A program made the translations under genes and the position numbers. Shown one piece after another: positions 34,331-43,949 of a stretch of DNA of 64,000 nt (position 1 is its first letter; each line of letters starts with the position of its first letter). The notes below the pieces were generated by a model. It did no database searches. It had not been told where the DNA came from and worked only from the letters and a program-made list of their open reading frames with translations. The stretch lies in the sequence record PQ182779.1, one strand, 5' to 3'.

Positions 34331-36802
34331 ATGATCAAAGTGATTGAAACCGAAATTTCTCATAACAAGCGCCTGCGATCCGGGTTGATTGAGCGTATCC
34401 TTTACAAACCAAAAAGTCCTTATCAAATTATCATCGGCCCCAACGGTTTTGGGAAATCTGCACTCTTAGACGAAATCACGGCTTTCCCTTCTGCGTCTAA
34501 CATGTTCGATAAAAATGGTTTCTCTCGCCTTTTGTTAGAAACTGATCACGGGTTAATTGAAACGAAAACCATTGTCGGCAGTGATGTTAAACACGAGTTT
34601 TGGTTGAACGGGGAAAACCTGAACGATGGCGGAACTTCTACCGTTCAAAAAGATCTAGTGCAGAAATATCTGGCGGTTGATAAACTCTCCGCGATGATCC
34701 AGGCAGGACAGTTCTCATTCTCTGGTGCCGGCGCGGCAAAACGCCAGGAAGTATTAACCGCCTTGGCCGATTCCGATATGTCGTTCGCTAACTCATTATT
34801 CGGTAAAGCCAGAAAGAAACTGTCACACTCTATCGGCGCAGTTAATGCGCTAGAGGAGTCGTTAGCAGAAAAAGAAACCCAACGAATGTCTGACGACGAG
34901 AGAACCACTCTTACCGCTCGTCTGACGGAATACCAAAGTATCGTTACTGAGGTATTAAAGGATTACAATGAGGAGCAAAACCGCAGTCAAGACTCCGCCG
35001 GAATCCAGTACCAGTGGCAACAATTGCCCCAACAAATAAAAGAAACCTTAAAACAATTACCAGATACCCCGTTAAACGCCACCAATCGCTCTCTATGGCT
35101 TGAAAAGATCAATAAGCTAAAAGAGTATGTCTTTGGTTTAGAAACGCGTAAGAAGGCATTACAGGAAGAATATGACGAACTGGAACTGATACTAAAACGG
35201 AATGCCGATGCCAGTGAAGAAAACTTAGCACGGTTGCGTAACGAAGTGAATCATTGGGATCGGCAATTTCAACAGGCGTCACTGGAAAAGCTCTACGCCC
35301 CAGAAATGGTCATCGAAGAGACCACTCTGGAAATGGCGTTAGAACAACTCGCCATGATCTTCCCGGAGTGGTCAAAAACCCTGACGGAAATTCAACCTGA
35401 CCCAGAAGGACGGTTTACTCGACAAGGCTACGAAATACTCTTGAATAACCGCCAGCGTTTCCAGGAGCATTACAATAGCCTCTCTGCTAAGTACGCGCAA
35501 ACGTTAGAGCAGATTGACCACATCAATCAAGGGAAAGAAGTTCAGTGTCCACAATGTCGTTTTCAGTTTATCCCTGGAGTATCTTCGGACTCACGCCCGC
35601 GGTTAACTAAGCAGGCAGAGGAACTCAAGGAGAGCATGATACAGGGTGAAAAGGCCATTGCCGAAAACCAACGGAACATTGAAGAGGTTGAACAGTGGTT
35701 GTCCCAGTACCGTAATTTGATAGGACTGCGGAACCAAGCCCCTGCCGCCAAAGGTCTTTTTGCTCAATTGGATAAACAAGTCACGTTAAAAGACGAACCG
35801 TTACGAGCCGTCCAGGTGATGTTGTTACTCAAAGAAGACCTGGAAAAACACCTTGAGGTATATCGGGCAAAAAATAAATTACGGGAAGCGCAATTAGTGC
35901 TTTCGCAATTACAAGAGAACGTCGTCACCGGGATTGATGGAGTCAGGGTACGTTTCGTCAAAGTTAAAGAAACGCTGGAGGACATCTATAGCGAATTAGC
36001 GCGTTCTAAAGAGGAAGGAAAACTCTACGAAAGAGGGTTGAATCTGGCTGACCAATATACCAACGCTGTCGAGGCAGTCACGGGTAACTACGAAAAACTG
36101 GTCAAGGATACTGTCAGTGGTATTCAATACTTATTCAACGAAACCCGCTTACTACTCATTCAGGACTTACAGGGTCACATCGGTACATTGACCAAAACCC
36201 TTAACGATGCCAAAACGTTGGAAGACCAGATTAACGATACCCGGAAACAACTGGAGAAACAAAAAGAGAAAGTGGACTGTTACCGTCTGTTGGTCGGGAC
36301 ACTGTCACCGAAGTCAGGGGCAGTGGCTGAGCAGATGAACGAATTTATCAAAGTCTTTATTGGTCAGGTCAACGAAGTCATTGCGGATATCTGGACGCAT
36401 TCGATGGAACTGTTAATCGGGAAGCCAAACGACAGTGATCTGTCGTACGAGTTCCCGTTACGTCTCCATGACTCCGACGATTACATTGTACCGGATATGC
36501 GGACTGGGTCAGACGGTCAACAGAAGATCATTGATTTCGCGTTTCAGATCACAGCGATGCTCTACCTGAACCTGAACAATGTCCCACTCTGCTTAGACGA
36601 AGTTGACCGCCCTCTTTCGCCTGAGCACAAAGCGAGACTGATGCAGTTCATTACACGCGGTGTTGAGAACGGGCGATTCTCACAAGTGTTTTTGATTTCG
36701 CATCACGCAGTATCGCATGGCGCTTTGCCTTTCTCGGACATCATTGACTTTGATTTCCGTCACCCTAAAGACGGTGTCAACGCCGTGGCTGAATTTTACT
36801 GA
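34331..36802 (+). CDS. sbcC: SbcC/Rad50-like SMC ATPase (phiKZ gp165-type)
   Basis: Walker A IIIGPNGFGKS, long coiled coils with a central CPQC zinc hook, GSDGQ signature, LCLDEVD Walker B and FLISHH. Confidence 0.9.
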   Translation: MIKVIETEISHNKRLRSGLIERILYKPKSPYQIIIGPNGFGKSALLDEITAFPSASNMFDKNGFSRLLLETDHGLIETKTIVGSDVKHEFWLNGENLNDGGTSTVQKDLVQKYLAVDKLSAMIQAGQFSFSGAGAAKRQEVLTALADSDMSFANSLFGKARKKLSHSIGAVNALEESLAEKETQRMSDDERTTLTARLTEYQSIVTEVLKDYNEEQNRSQDSAGIQYQWQQLPQQIKETLKQLPDTPLNATNRSLWLEKINKLKEYVFGLETRKKALQEEYDELELILKRNADASEENLARLRNEVNHWDRQFQQASLEKLYAPEMVIEETTLEMALEQLAMIFPEWSKTLTEIQPDPEGRFTRQGYEILLNNRQRFQEHYNSLSAKYAQTLEQIDHINQGKEVQCPQCRFQFIPGVSSDSRPRLTKQAEELKESMIQGEKAIAENQRNIEEVEQWLSQYRNLIGLRNQAPAAKGLFAQLDKQVTLKDEPLRAVQVMLLLKEDLEKHLEVYRAKNKLREAQLVLSQLQENVVTGIDGVRVRFVKVKETLEDIYSELARSKEEGKLYERGLNLADQYTNAVEAVTGNYEKLVKDTVSGIQYLFNETRLLLIQDLQGHIGTLTKTLNDAKTLEDQINDTRKQLEKQKEKVDCYRLLVGTLSPKSGAVAEQMNEFIKVFIGQVNEVIADIWTHSMELLIGKPNDSDLSYEFPLRLHDSDDYIVPDMRTGSDGQQKIIDFAFQITAMLYLNLNNVPLCLDEVDRPLSPEHKARLMQFITRGVENGRFSQVFLISHHAVSHGALPFSDIIDFDFRHPKDGVNAVAEFY

Positions 36803-36803
36803 A

Positions 36804-36838
36804 CATAAACGGACTGGTCTTTTCCAGTCCGCTTTATG
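36804..36838. terminator. hairpin H10 with CATA...TATG flanks
   Basis: CATAAA-CGGACTGG-TCTTTT-CCAGTCCG-C-TTTATG. Confidence 0.7.
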
Positions 36839-36840
36839 CA

Positions 36841-36858
36841 TATATCACTCTAGTGTAA
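36841..36858 (+). promoter_or_regulatory. putative early promoter
   Basis: TATATCAC-TCT-AGTGTAA, 44 nt upstream of ATG 36885. Same core as 48477. Confidence 0.5.
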
Positions 36859-36884
36859 TTACCCCAACTAAAGGAGTTGCAATC

Positions 36885-37526
36885 ATGCAAAACATTTCGA
36901 AAATGACAGACCGTTTAACCAGTTACGGGAAGCCGACACGTACCGGTGAAATTGCGATCCAACATCAGACCGTGTTCATTCGTACCGCAGCGTTAGGTGA
37001 CGATGATCTGGTCGACAATAACTACTCGGGTTTTTCCGATGCCCGACTCACTGATATCCTTCATTCTGCACCGTTCCAGGTAGCCGTCAACAACATCGCG
37101 CAATGTTTCGAAGACAACGTCGCCAATGTCGACGAGCAATTCTTCCCGGTCATTGATTTCAATGCGGGTTACGAAAAGCTCCGTCAGACAGTCGTTAAAA
37201 CGCTGCCTGAAATTTCAGATTTGCGCATTGAAATTCGCCAGGCGCAGGTCTTCTCTCAGAACGTCTATTATTTCGTGAAGAATAAAAAGGACGTAACCGA
37301 GTTTGAAGACCAGTTTCGCCAGATGTTGGCGGAAAACGATCTCCCGGCAGAAACGGTCAATCTGATCTTTACCTGTCATACCTCGACCACACTCAGTCAG
37401 ATGTATGAGGTCATGACGATCCTCAGTATTCTGCTGCGTGAGACCGCAAAAGAAGCCATGTTTGTACCGGGCCGGGTTATCGGTAACTTCAGTCAAATCA
37501 CGCGAGATAACCGCTATGCGCTTTAA
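36885..37526 (+). CDS. hypothetical protein, 213 aa
   Basis: An AAGGAG RBS before ATG 36885 (MQNISK). The track start 36717 overlaps sbcC and the hairpin. Confidence 0.7.
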   Translation: MQNISKMTDRLTSYGKPTRTGEIAIQHQTVFIRTAALGDDDLVDNNYSGFSDARLTDILHSAPFQVAVNNIAQCFEDNVANVDEQFFPVIDFNAGYEKLRQTVVKTLPEISDLRIEIRQAQVFSQNVYYFVKNKKDVTEFEDQFRQMLAENDLPAETVNLIFTCHTSTTLSQMYEVMTILSILLRETAKEAMFVPGRVIGNFSQITRDNRYAL

Positions 37527-37839
37527 GGAATCTGAAGCCGGAGAAATCCTGCTGGCGTTAGAAAGAACCCGTGAAAGTCGCGCCGCTGAAAATCTACCTT
37601 ATATCCAGGTCATTCGTGCGGAAGTCAGAGGTTACGACGAGACCGTTAAAACCTTAGCGGCGAAGAAAGTCGTTAAGTTCCTGGGGTATACGCCGATGAT
37701 TATCCCAGAGCTCGTCAACCTCACGGAGAAGCTCGAACAGCCTAATCCCTTCCCAATCTACATTGGGAACGAAACGCTCTTTGAGAGCGATCTGAATACG
37801 GTTATCAATGATTTGGAAGAAACTAATGAACGAGGTTGA
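37516..37839 (+). CDS. hypothetical protein, 107 aa
   Basis: ATG 37516 (MRFKESE) overlaps the end of the upstream gene. Confidence 0.6.
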   Translation: MRFKESEAGEILLALERTRESRAAENLPYIQVIRAEVRGYDETVKTLAAKKVVKFLGYTPMIIPELVNLTEKLEQPNPFPIYIGNETLFESDLNTVINDLEETNERG

Positions 37840-37843
37840 CTAA

Positions 37844-38083
37844 ATGGGTTTTTTAGAAATGATGAAAGAACGCCAAACATTAAAACGAGAACTTCAAGTT
37901 CTGCGTGAAAATCGTAAACCAGAAGATGTAATCACCGTTGTCAGAAAACGTTTGGTTCTTTCCGGTAACGACTATGCGTTAGTTAAACAAGAAGTTCAAA
38001 CGACCCATCAAGAAATGGAGTTAGAAAATAAAATCCTCAGAATAAAATTGATCCTGAACGGATTGACTGGACTGAGTTATTAA
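37844..38083 (+). CDS. small hypothetical coiled-coil protein, 79 aa
   Basis: GAGG RBS and operon position. Confidence 0.6.
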   Translation: MGFLEMMKERQTLKRELQVLRENRKPEDVITVVRKRLVLSGNDYALVKQEVQTTHQEMELENKILRIKLILNGLTGLSY

Positions 38084-38182
38084 TTATCCTCTCCGTCAAT
38101 TTCAAGTTTTAAACCGCTCGGTTATCTTTTGAACAAACCATAACACACATGTGACTATTAACACGTATACAGGAAACTGAAC

Positions 38183-38437
38183 ATGAAAGTAACTCTGAAC
38201 GAAACTACCGCTGAAAAGATCAATGCACTGACCACCGATACCGTCTCTGCCGAAACGGTCATTGACATGGCAGTCGATTCGCTGACCTGGGTTAAGTCTT
38301 CACTTGACCAGGGTAAAAGCGTCATGGCTGCAAAAGCCTCTGACGACGGTTGGGTAGAAGAAGAGTTCTACCCGGCAACCGAAGTCCTGAACGAACTCTA
38401 TCGCCCGTCCACCGACGAAGCGCCTGACGCAGAGTAA
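38183..38437 (+). CDS. small acidic hypothetical protein, possible ribbon-helix-helix fold, 84 aa
   Basis: AGGA RBS and host-optimised codons. MKVTLNETTAEKINAL...SAETVIDMAV follows a strand-helix-helix pattern. Confidence 0.6.
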   Translation: MKVTLNETTAEKINALTTDTVSAETVIDMAVDSLTWVKSSLDQGKSVMAAKASDDGWVEEEFYPATEVLNELYRPSTDEAPDAE

Positions 38438-38453
38438 TTCTGCGTATTAGGAA

Positions 38454-38497
38454 CATAAGCTCTCTCCTCCGCAGAAGCGGAGGAGAGAGTCTCTATG
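38454..38497. terminator. hairpin H11 with CATA...TATG flanks, convergent junction
   Basis: CATAAG-CTCTCTCCTCCGC-AGAA-GCGGAGGAGAGAG-TCTC-TATG. Confidence 0.75.
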
Positions 38498-38507
38498 CTT
38501 CTTTTTT

Positions 38508-39107
38508 TTATTTTGCTGCCAATAACGCCTGAATCTTGATACGTAACTCAGCGTTCTCTTTTTGCAGCGCCAAGTTCTGCGCGTAGGTCGACGTACGATT
38601 GGTGATAGCTGACAGTCTCGCTGCTTCGATCGCGTCCGCCTCTTCCGTACTGATCGCTTCAATCGTGGCCAGTTGATCTACGTAGATCTCAGGAACAACG
38701 CCGATCGTGTCAGAGATCAGGTTGCCCATCTGTTCTTTCAAGAACGAGTAATCGAGGTCTAAACGCATCGGCCCCAAAGACGCAGAGAGGATCACCTGTC
38801 CCCAGTTCGACATCCCGATCCCCGGGAAAGTTTCAATGTAGGTATCGGGAACCGTAATGACGCTACCAGAGGACGAATACAGTACACACATCGCCGCGCC
38901 AGCAGACAGGTCTGCGTTATAGTCAGACTCCGTGAGGCCCTTAGGAGAATAGTAGACGTTAAAGATATCAATCCCTTCCGCTACCATCTCGGTAAAGAAA
39001 CGAATAGCGGTACATTGATAAATTAACGACTGACTGGCGGTCCACGGTTGTATTAATGACCATTTCCCTTTCAACCCTAAGGCAGGGGTGTTACGTGTCT
39101 TAGCCAT
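38508..39107 (-). CDS. virion structural protein, 199 aa
   Basis: AAGGA RBS and coupling to the upstream 433-aa gene. Contains TPALGLKGKWSLIQPW and a C-terminal coiled coil. Confidence 0.55.
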   Translation of the reverse strand: MAKTRNTPALGLKGKWSLIQPWTASQSLIYQCTAIRFFTEMVAEGIDIFNVYYSPKGLTESDYNADLSAGAAMCVLYSSSGSVITVPDTYIETFPGIGMSNWGQVILSASLGPMRLDLDYSFLKEQMGNLISDTIGVVPEIYVDQLATIEAISTEEADAIEAARLSAITNRTSTYAQNLALQKENAELRIKIQALLAAK

Positions 39108-39112
39108 TCGTT

Positions 39113-40414
39113 TTAATCCTTACTGAAACCGTTTTTCACCGGAACCAGATACTGAACGGTATTGACCGTCATGGTGATGTAAACCACCCCGTTGCGCGTA
39201 GCACGAGTGTACCCTGTCGGCAGGATAGAAGTAGCCGTTGCTGTTTCTGCAATCTTCAGAAGCGCAATCAAGCTGATAATGAAGTTTCGGGTCGCTTCTG
39301 GAATCTTACCGAATTCAGAGCTGGTTGGTGCGATTGCTGCATAGCGCGGCCAGAGTTCGGAGAAGACGTAGGAAACGTTATAGTTCCTTACGTGACCACA
39401 AACCAAGAGCTGAAGGTTCTGGTACGTGTTAAATGCAATTTCCCCAGCGTCAATGACATGCTGTTGTTCATAGTCCGCCATGTACTTATCGGTATAAGTC
39501 AGGAAATCCTTATACGGTAACACCGGGGAATAGAGCGCGGTAGTATCCAGCTGATTAGGGAGAGAGATTCTGTCCCAAACCGGCACCACGTAATATTCAG
39601 TCGGTGTAAAGAGATCTGGTAAGACAATCTCCCACGTGTCAGTACCTGCCGTGCTGTTCCCTAGGATATGTTCACGAATCGCGTTTTTGATGTAATCAAG
39701 GTTCTTACCGGCAGACCCGTAGATCACGACGTTGATCGGAATTTGCAACGTGACTTCGTCGTTATCTTTTGCCACCCACGTAAAGTAGCCGGTCCAGATA
39801 TCCGTCTGCGGGTTCTGGCCGATAGCGTTCGTGATGCGTGCGGTGTTACTCACCGGGGTAATAGCTTTGATCGCCGCCACCGCAGCGTCAGAATCACCAA
39901 CCAACAGATCAATGTCATCAAACGGCATTACGACGCTAAGTTCATAAAGCGGATATTCCACCAGGAAATTATCGATCGCGTACCAGACAAACAGTTCGTT
40001 CTCTTCCCCAGAGTTACTAAAGGACATTTGGAGACTAGAAGGAAAATTATATGATCCATTGTTGACAATTGCCCCAACTGATTTTACAGTGAGGTAATCC
40101 GAAAACTGCGCATTCAGGTTCTGAAGTAGTGCAGCGGTGTCTGTGGTGATCAGACCGTTAATGCTTCGCTGATAGAGCCACTGTGAGACTTCCAGGATCT
40201 GCGTGTAGTAAGTCAACCCTAGATTACTTTTGGTACCGTCGCGGGTGACAGACAGCGTCTTTAAAATGACATCGGTGTAATCGGCAACAGAATATGTCCC
40301 TACGTCTGTGCTGTAGGTTTCACCGTGGGTGGTCAGTTCACCTACTTTTGCAGTCTGTCCCACTGCGTTATTGATAAAATTTTTAATAGTTACAAAACTA
40401 TACACATTCAACAT
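39113..40414 (-). CDS. virion structural protein (phiKZ gp157-type), 433 aa
   Basis: GGAG RBS. Contains GELTTHGETYS and PDLFTPTEYYVVPVWD motifs. Divergent from the RNase H operon. Confidence 0.55.
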   Translation of the reverse strand: MLNVYSFVTIKNFINNAVGQTAKVGELTTHGETYSTDVGTYSVADYTDVILKTLSVTRDGTKSNLGLTYYTQILEVSQWLYQRSINGLITTDTAALLQNLNAQFSDYLTVKSVGAIVNNGSYNFPSSLQMSFSNSGEENELFVWYAIDNFLVEYPLYELSVVMPFDDIDLLVGDSDAAVAAIKAITPVSNTARITNAIGQNPQTDIWTGYFTWVAKDNDEVTLQIPINVVIYGSAGKNLDYIKNAIREHILGNSTAGTDTWEIVLPDLFTPTEYYVVPVWDRISLPNQLDTTALYSPVLPYKDFLTYTDKYMADYEQQHVIDAGEIAFNTYQNLQLLVCGHVRNYNVSYVFSELWPRYAAIAPTSSEFGKIPEATRNFIISLIALLKIAETATATSILPTGYTRATRNGVVYITMTVNTVQYLVPVKNGFSKD

Positions 40415-40473
40415 TGTTTCTACTCCATAATTATTATTAAACAGGAAAAGAACCTGTCAGCGGAGGTACCGCC

Positions 40474-40899
40474 GTGAATTACTTTTTCTTGCGTTTTTTA
40501 CCGTACTTGTATTATTTCATACGGGAGCAATACCGTTTGGATAATACCAGAGAACCACCACCGAAAAGGAAGCGTTACTTCTATCGTACGATAATAACCA
40601 TTTTAATTTTCACTCTTGGTTTGTCGTCAACGGTAGGTTATGTCAAATACCGTGAATTATATCGTAATTATAATGCCGCGTTAAAACGTCTTTCCGATGC
40701 CAGTAATCAGCCGGTATCAGGAATCAGTCGCGATCGTTATGAAGCCGATATTCATACGTTGACCATGGAAAAATTTGGCTGGGAAAATGACGCCCGTCTG
40801 GAACTCTCTGAACTCCAGAGAATTTGCACCAAGACGCCCAGTGCGTGCGACGCCCAAAGCCATCACATCATTGAGGAATTTCAACGCCGTCACCCTTGA
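40474..40899 (+). CDS. single-TM membrane protein, 141 aa
   Basis: GTG start with GGAGG RBS. A basic stretch PPPKRKRYFYR, then the TM TIITILIFTLGLSSTVGYV. Confidence 0.65.
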   Translation: MNYFFLRFLPYLYYFIREQYRLDNTREPPPKRKRYFYRTIITILIFTLGLSSTVGYVKYRELYRNYNAALKRLSDASNQPVSGISRDRYEADIHTLTMEKFGWENDARLELSELQRICTKTPSACDAQSHHIIEEFQRRHP

Positions 40900-40955
40900 T
40901 TTCTTACGCGACGCTTTATTCTTCTGAACATACTTTGAAACAGGAACTTCTGAAC

Positions 40956-42554
40956 ATGAAGATTGAGCAACCGTGGGAAGGTGAATTCCCAGAACCGGGC
41001 AGTTTTAATCTTGTTTTATTCTGCGACGGCGGAAGTAATACCCAAACGTTACTTTCTGGCTGGGGTATTCACGGATATTCGTACCCGGTTGCGGACAAGA
41101 AAGAAGCGAAGATTAAAAAGGCTAAGGGTGCGTTTACTAACATCGGTTATGTCGACGGTAGACAACACCGGTGTAAAGATGTCGTCACTAAGGCAGATGA
41201 AGAGACGGGCTTCACTGGGCAGGTAGATAAAAACTATCTTATCTTACACGCCGATGAAAATAAAACGGTGAAGCCTGTCAACCCCATCAGCTTTATTGAT
41301 GCATACGGTGGTCAGTACAAAACCAGTAATAACTTTACTGAGTTAATGGGGATGTTAAACAGTCTCACAATTGTCAAAGAAAAGAGCCCAAAAGAGTCTG
41401 TTATCTTTGCGGACTCGAAATATGTTTTAGAAGGGTTACTTTTCTATCGTGTTAATTGGGAAAGAAACGGTTGGTTAACTGCTGATCGTCGACCTGTCCA
41501 AAACAAAGATCTTTGGCAATTGCTCTGTTCTCTCTTCGACAGTATTGTTGAGGAAGGGAAAACCAGAATGTTATTTGGGTATATCCCAGGTCACGCTGGT
41601 TATACAGGGAATGAACGTGCTGATTACAACGCCAACCGCGGAATGATTCTGGAACGCGATGAACCTGGTAAAACCGTTTATCTCATTTCAGACCGTAAAG
41701 GATACGTACAAAACACCAAAACCAGTAATCGCTTACTGGAACAACGTTGGTGGTATGCGTTAACTGACCGGACACATTACAAAGTTGACTATGACGATCG
41801 CTACGTTTATTTCTTCGGGAACCACGGTAACGACACCGAAGTCGACATGATCGGTAAGGCCACTGCCACTGCTAAAGTAGCCATCCTCTTCGCTAAGGAA
41901 AAAGAACCTGTCCTGGAATTACTCGGAGAGTTTCTGAAGAGCCGGTACTACGACGGCACTCAGATCATGACGCTGGGTCATCTTGAAAATATCCTTAACG
42001 CAGATCGATACGTCAGTCTGATACAGGACAAACGTTCTGTCTTATGGGACGACGCCGAGAAGAGCACTATCCGGTCTCCGGATAAAGTTGCGCTTATTGA
42101 GGAGCTGAGACCGACCTTTTTAGGTTTCCGTCTGTTGACGCGGTTTGAGACACTTCTGACCATGTTAGGATACGGGTTTACAGGCAAGGGAAAAACGACG
42201 ATCACGGATATCACTTCATACTGTGTGAAGACGACCCAAGAAGGGAAAAAGAAACCTGTCACAAAACCCACTGAGGCCATGGACCCGCCGAACAAGGCAA
42301 TTTCTGTTACAGCCAATTACCAACTGGCTGACGGGACAACAGGGAAAGCCACAATCAAATTAAAAATAGGACAAGATATCCCGTTAAGGAATACGGTCAA
42401 CGCGTTGGGTTCTGAAGACCTCAGAATACGCGTCATCACATGGCCAGATGGCACGCGTGCTTTCCGTTACGCCACGTTAATGGAAGTGGACGGTGACACG
42501 CTGTTTACTGCGTCGCTCAATTCTAACCTTTTTGAGATCACGGGTAAACTATGA
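40956..42554 (+). CDS. rnhA: ribonuclease HI with C-terminal extension (phiKZ gp155-type)
   Basis: LFCDGG, TSNNFTELMG, IFADSKYV and GHAGYTGNERADYNA give the complete RNase HI D/E/D/H/D set. The start may be TTG 40896 or ATG 40956. Confidence 0.9.
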   Translation: MKIEQPWEGEFPEPGSFNLVLFCDGGSNTQTLLSGWGIHGYSYPVADKKEAKIKKAKGAFTNIGYVDGRQHRCKDVVTKADEETGFTGQVDKNYLILHADENKTVKPVNPISFIDAYGGQYKTSNNFTELMGMLNSLTIVKEKSPKESVIFADSKYVLEGLLFYRVNWERNGWLTADRRPVQNKDLWQLLCSLFDSIVEEGKTRMLFGYIPGHAGYTGNERADYNANRGMILERDEPGKTVYLISDRKGYVQNTKTSNRLLEQRWWYALTDRTHYKVDYDDRYVYFFGNHGNDTEVDMIGKATATAKVAILFAKEKEPVLELLGEFLKSRYYDGTQIMTLGHLENILNADRYVSLIQDKRSVLWDDAEKSTIRSPDKVALIEELRPTFLGFRLLTRFETLLTMLGYGFTGKGKTTITDITSYCVKTTQEGKKKPVTKPTEAMDPPNKAISVTANYQLADGTTGKATIKLKIGQDIPLRNTVNALGSEDLRIRVITWPDGTRAFRYATLMEVDGDTLFTASLNSNLFEITGKL

Positions 42555-42928
42555 TCAAAATACTTTTAGCGGTCTTCGGACCTAAACTCTTTACGACGAA
42601 AGGTAGGCGTGTTTTAATATTGGGTTCTTTTTACACGCTACTCTCTGGTCGTTCGGGTGGATGTCAACGTTTAGCTTCGAGTATGAATCGTCGCTTAAAC
42701 TTGACAACGGATTCCAAAGGATTATTGCTAGGTACGATTCTCCCTGAGATTCTTTGGGATGAAAAACAGTGCGAAGCGATTAGAACCTTACCGCACGAAA
42801 AGGTCGCTAATTACTTCGAAGAGATGATCCCCCACTGGTTAAAAGAAGGCGTGGAGGATGGCGAGTTCACACTTCGTCAGGAACTGAAAAATATTGTCAA
42901 CATGCATTCGTTGTCGGCAGTGTCATAA
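42551..42928 (+). CDS. hypothetical protein, 125 aa
   Basis: ATGA overlap with the rnhA stop. Ends at hairpin H12. Confidence 0.65.
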   Translation: MIKILLAVFGPKLFTTKGRRVLILGSFYTLLSGRSGGCQRLASSMNRRLNLTTDSKGLLLGTILPEILWDEKQCEAIRTLPHEKVANYFEEMIPHWLKEGVEDGEFTLRQELKNIVNMHSLSAVS

Positions 42929-42931
42929 AGT

Positions 42932-42969
42932 GAGAATGGGAGAGGGTTGACCTCTCCCATTCTCTTATG
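42932..42969. terminator. hairpin H12, convergent junction
   Basis: GAGAATGGGAGAGG-GTTGA-CCTCTCCCATTCTC, then TTATG. Confidence 0.75.
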
Positions 42970-42970
42970 T

Positions 42971-43843
42971 TTATTTTGCTAAAGCAATCAGTTTCTCAGC
43001 AGTTTCATCCATTGCCGTCCGTTGGGATTCAACGTAGGTGTAAGTCGCTGCGTAAAGCTCCGCCATTTTCGCCATCTGGAAAACGACCTCGGTCAGATCG
43101 TTAATGGTCTTAGCATTAAGACGATAGGGTAAGTTACTGTCCTTGATTTGTTTAGACAGAGTTTCCAACATCTCTGCACAGCGATCAACGGTGCCTTTCA
43201 CGAGGTCCAAATTACCCTTATGAAGTGCGGTAGAAATCTCTTGGGTCTTAGCGTAAACCTTAACCGTATCACCGTTACGTTCGGTACATTCACCGTAAGC
43301 GCGAAGGTTAGTTTTCACATTCCCTTTCAGATAAGCGGTCAACGACTGAATGTGAGAATCAATGTCAATTTGACTGATACGATTCACTGTCCCTACGGTA
43401 GTGAATTTTTCTGGGTCAGTAATGGCGACTGCCAGGAATTTTTCAAACGGATTCAGGTAATCGTCGTAAAAGTCCACGGAAAATTTCACCGGGAGTCTCC
43501 ATGAATCTAGCAGTTCCAGCCAGGTACCAGATAAACCCGGAACCACTTGTACACGCTGACCGGTGATATCCGCGTACAGTATAGAATCCAGTGCTTTTTC
43601 CAGTTTGATCTGTTGACTGGTTTTAGGTTTCGCGCTGTCTTTAAAATCGCTCAGTTTATCAACTGGACTGCTAAAGCGCCCCGCAATTTTATTCAGGAAC
43701 CCAGCAAAGCGATCGACGACACCCATCGCTGCCCGTTGGATAGAGAGCGCTTCGTTACTGGGCGTGGAGTGGACAGGGATTTCTTTGGTCATTGCAATAA
43801 TGGCATTTTTTTCAGCGTTCAAATATTCCATTGAGAATGGCAT
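42971..43843 (-). CDS. virion (head) protein (phiKZ gp153-type), 290 aa
   Basis: Helical protein with an SNE/A candidate protease site near the N-terminus. Divergent from uvsX. Confidence 0.5.
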   Translation of the reverse strand: MPFSMEYLNAEKNAIIAMTKEIPVHSTPSNEALSIQRAAMGVVDRFAGFLNKIAGRFSSPVDKLSDFKDSAKPKTSQQIKLEKALDSILYADITGQRVQVVPGLSGTWLELLDSWRLPVKFSVDFYDDYLNPFEKFLAVAITDPEKFTTVGTVNRISQIDIDSHIQSLTAYLKGNVKTNLRAYGECTERNGDTVKVYAKTQEISTALHKGNLDLVKGTVDRCAEMLETLSKQIKDSNLPYRLNAKTINDLTEVVFQMAKMAELYAATYTYVESQRTAMDETAEKLIALAK

Positions 43844-43949
43844 GATCTATACCTTATGTAGTCAGTAATCTAAAGAGCGTTAACATAAAATTAAATACCT
43901 TCCTTAATTGTAATGAAGACAATTCATAAAACAGAACCAAGGATTATCA

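Noticed and set aside
42924-42928. CATA upstream of H12 (also 51291 at H15, and TTATG at 33270) as independent motif copies
   Set aside because: These coincide with xCA-TAA stop codons, so they are not independent evidence for the flanking motif.
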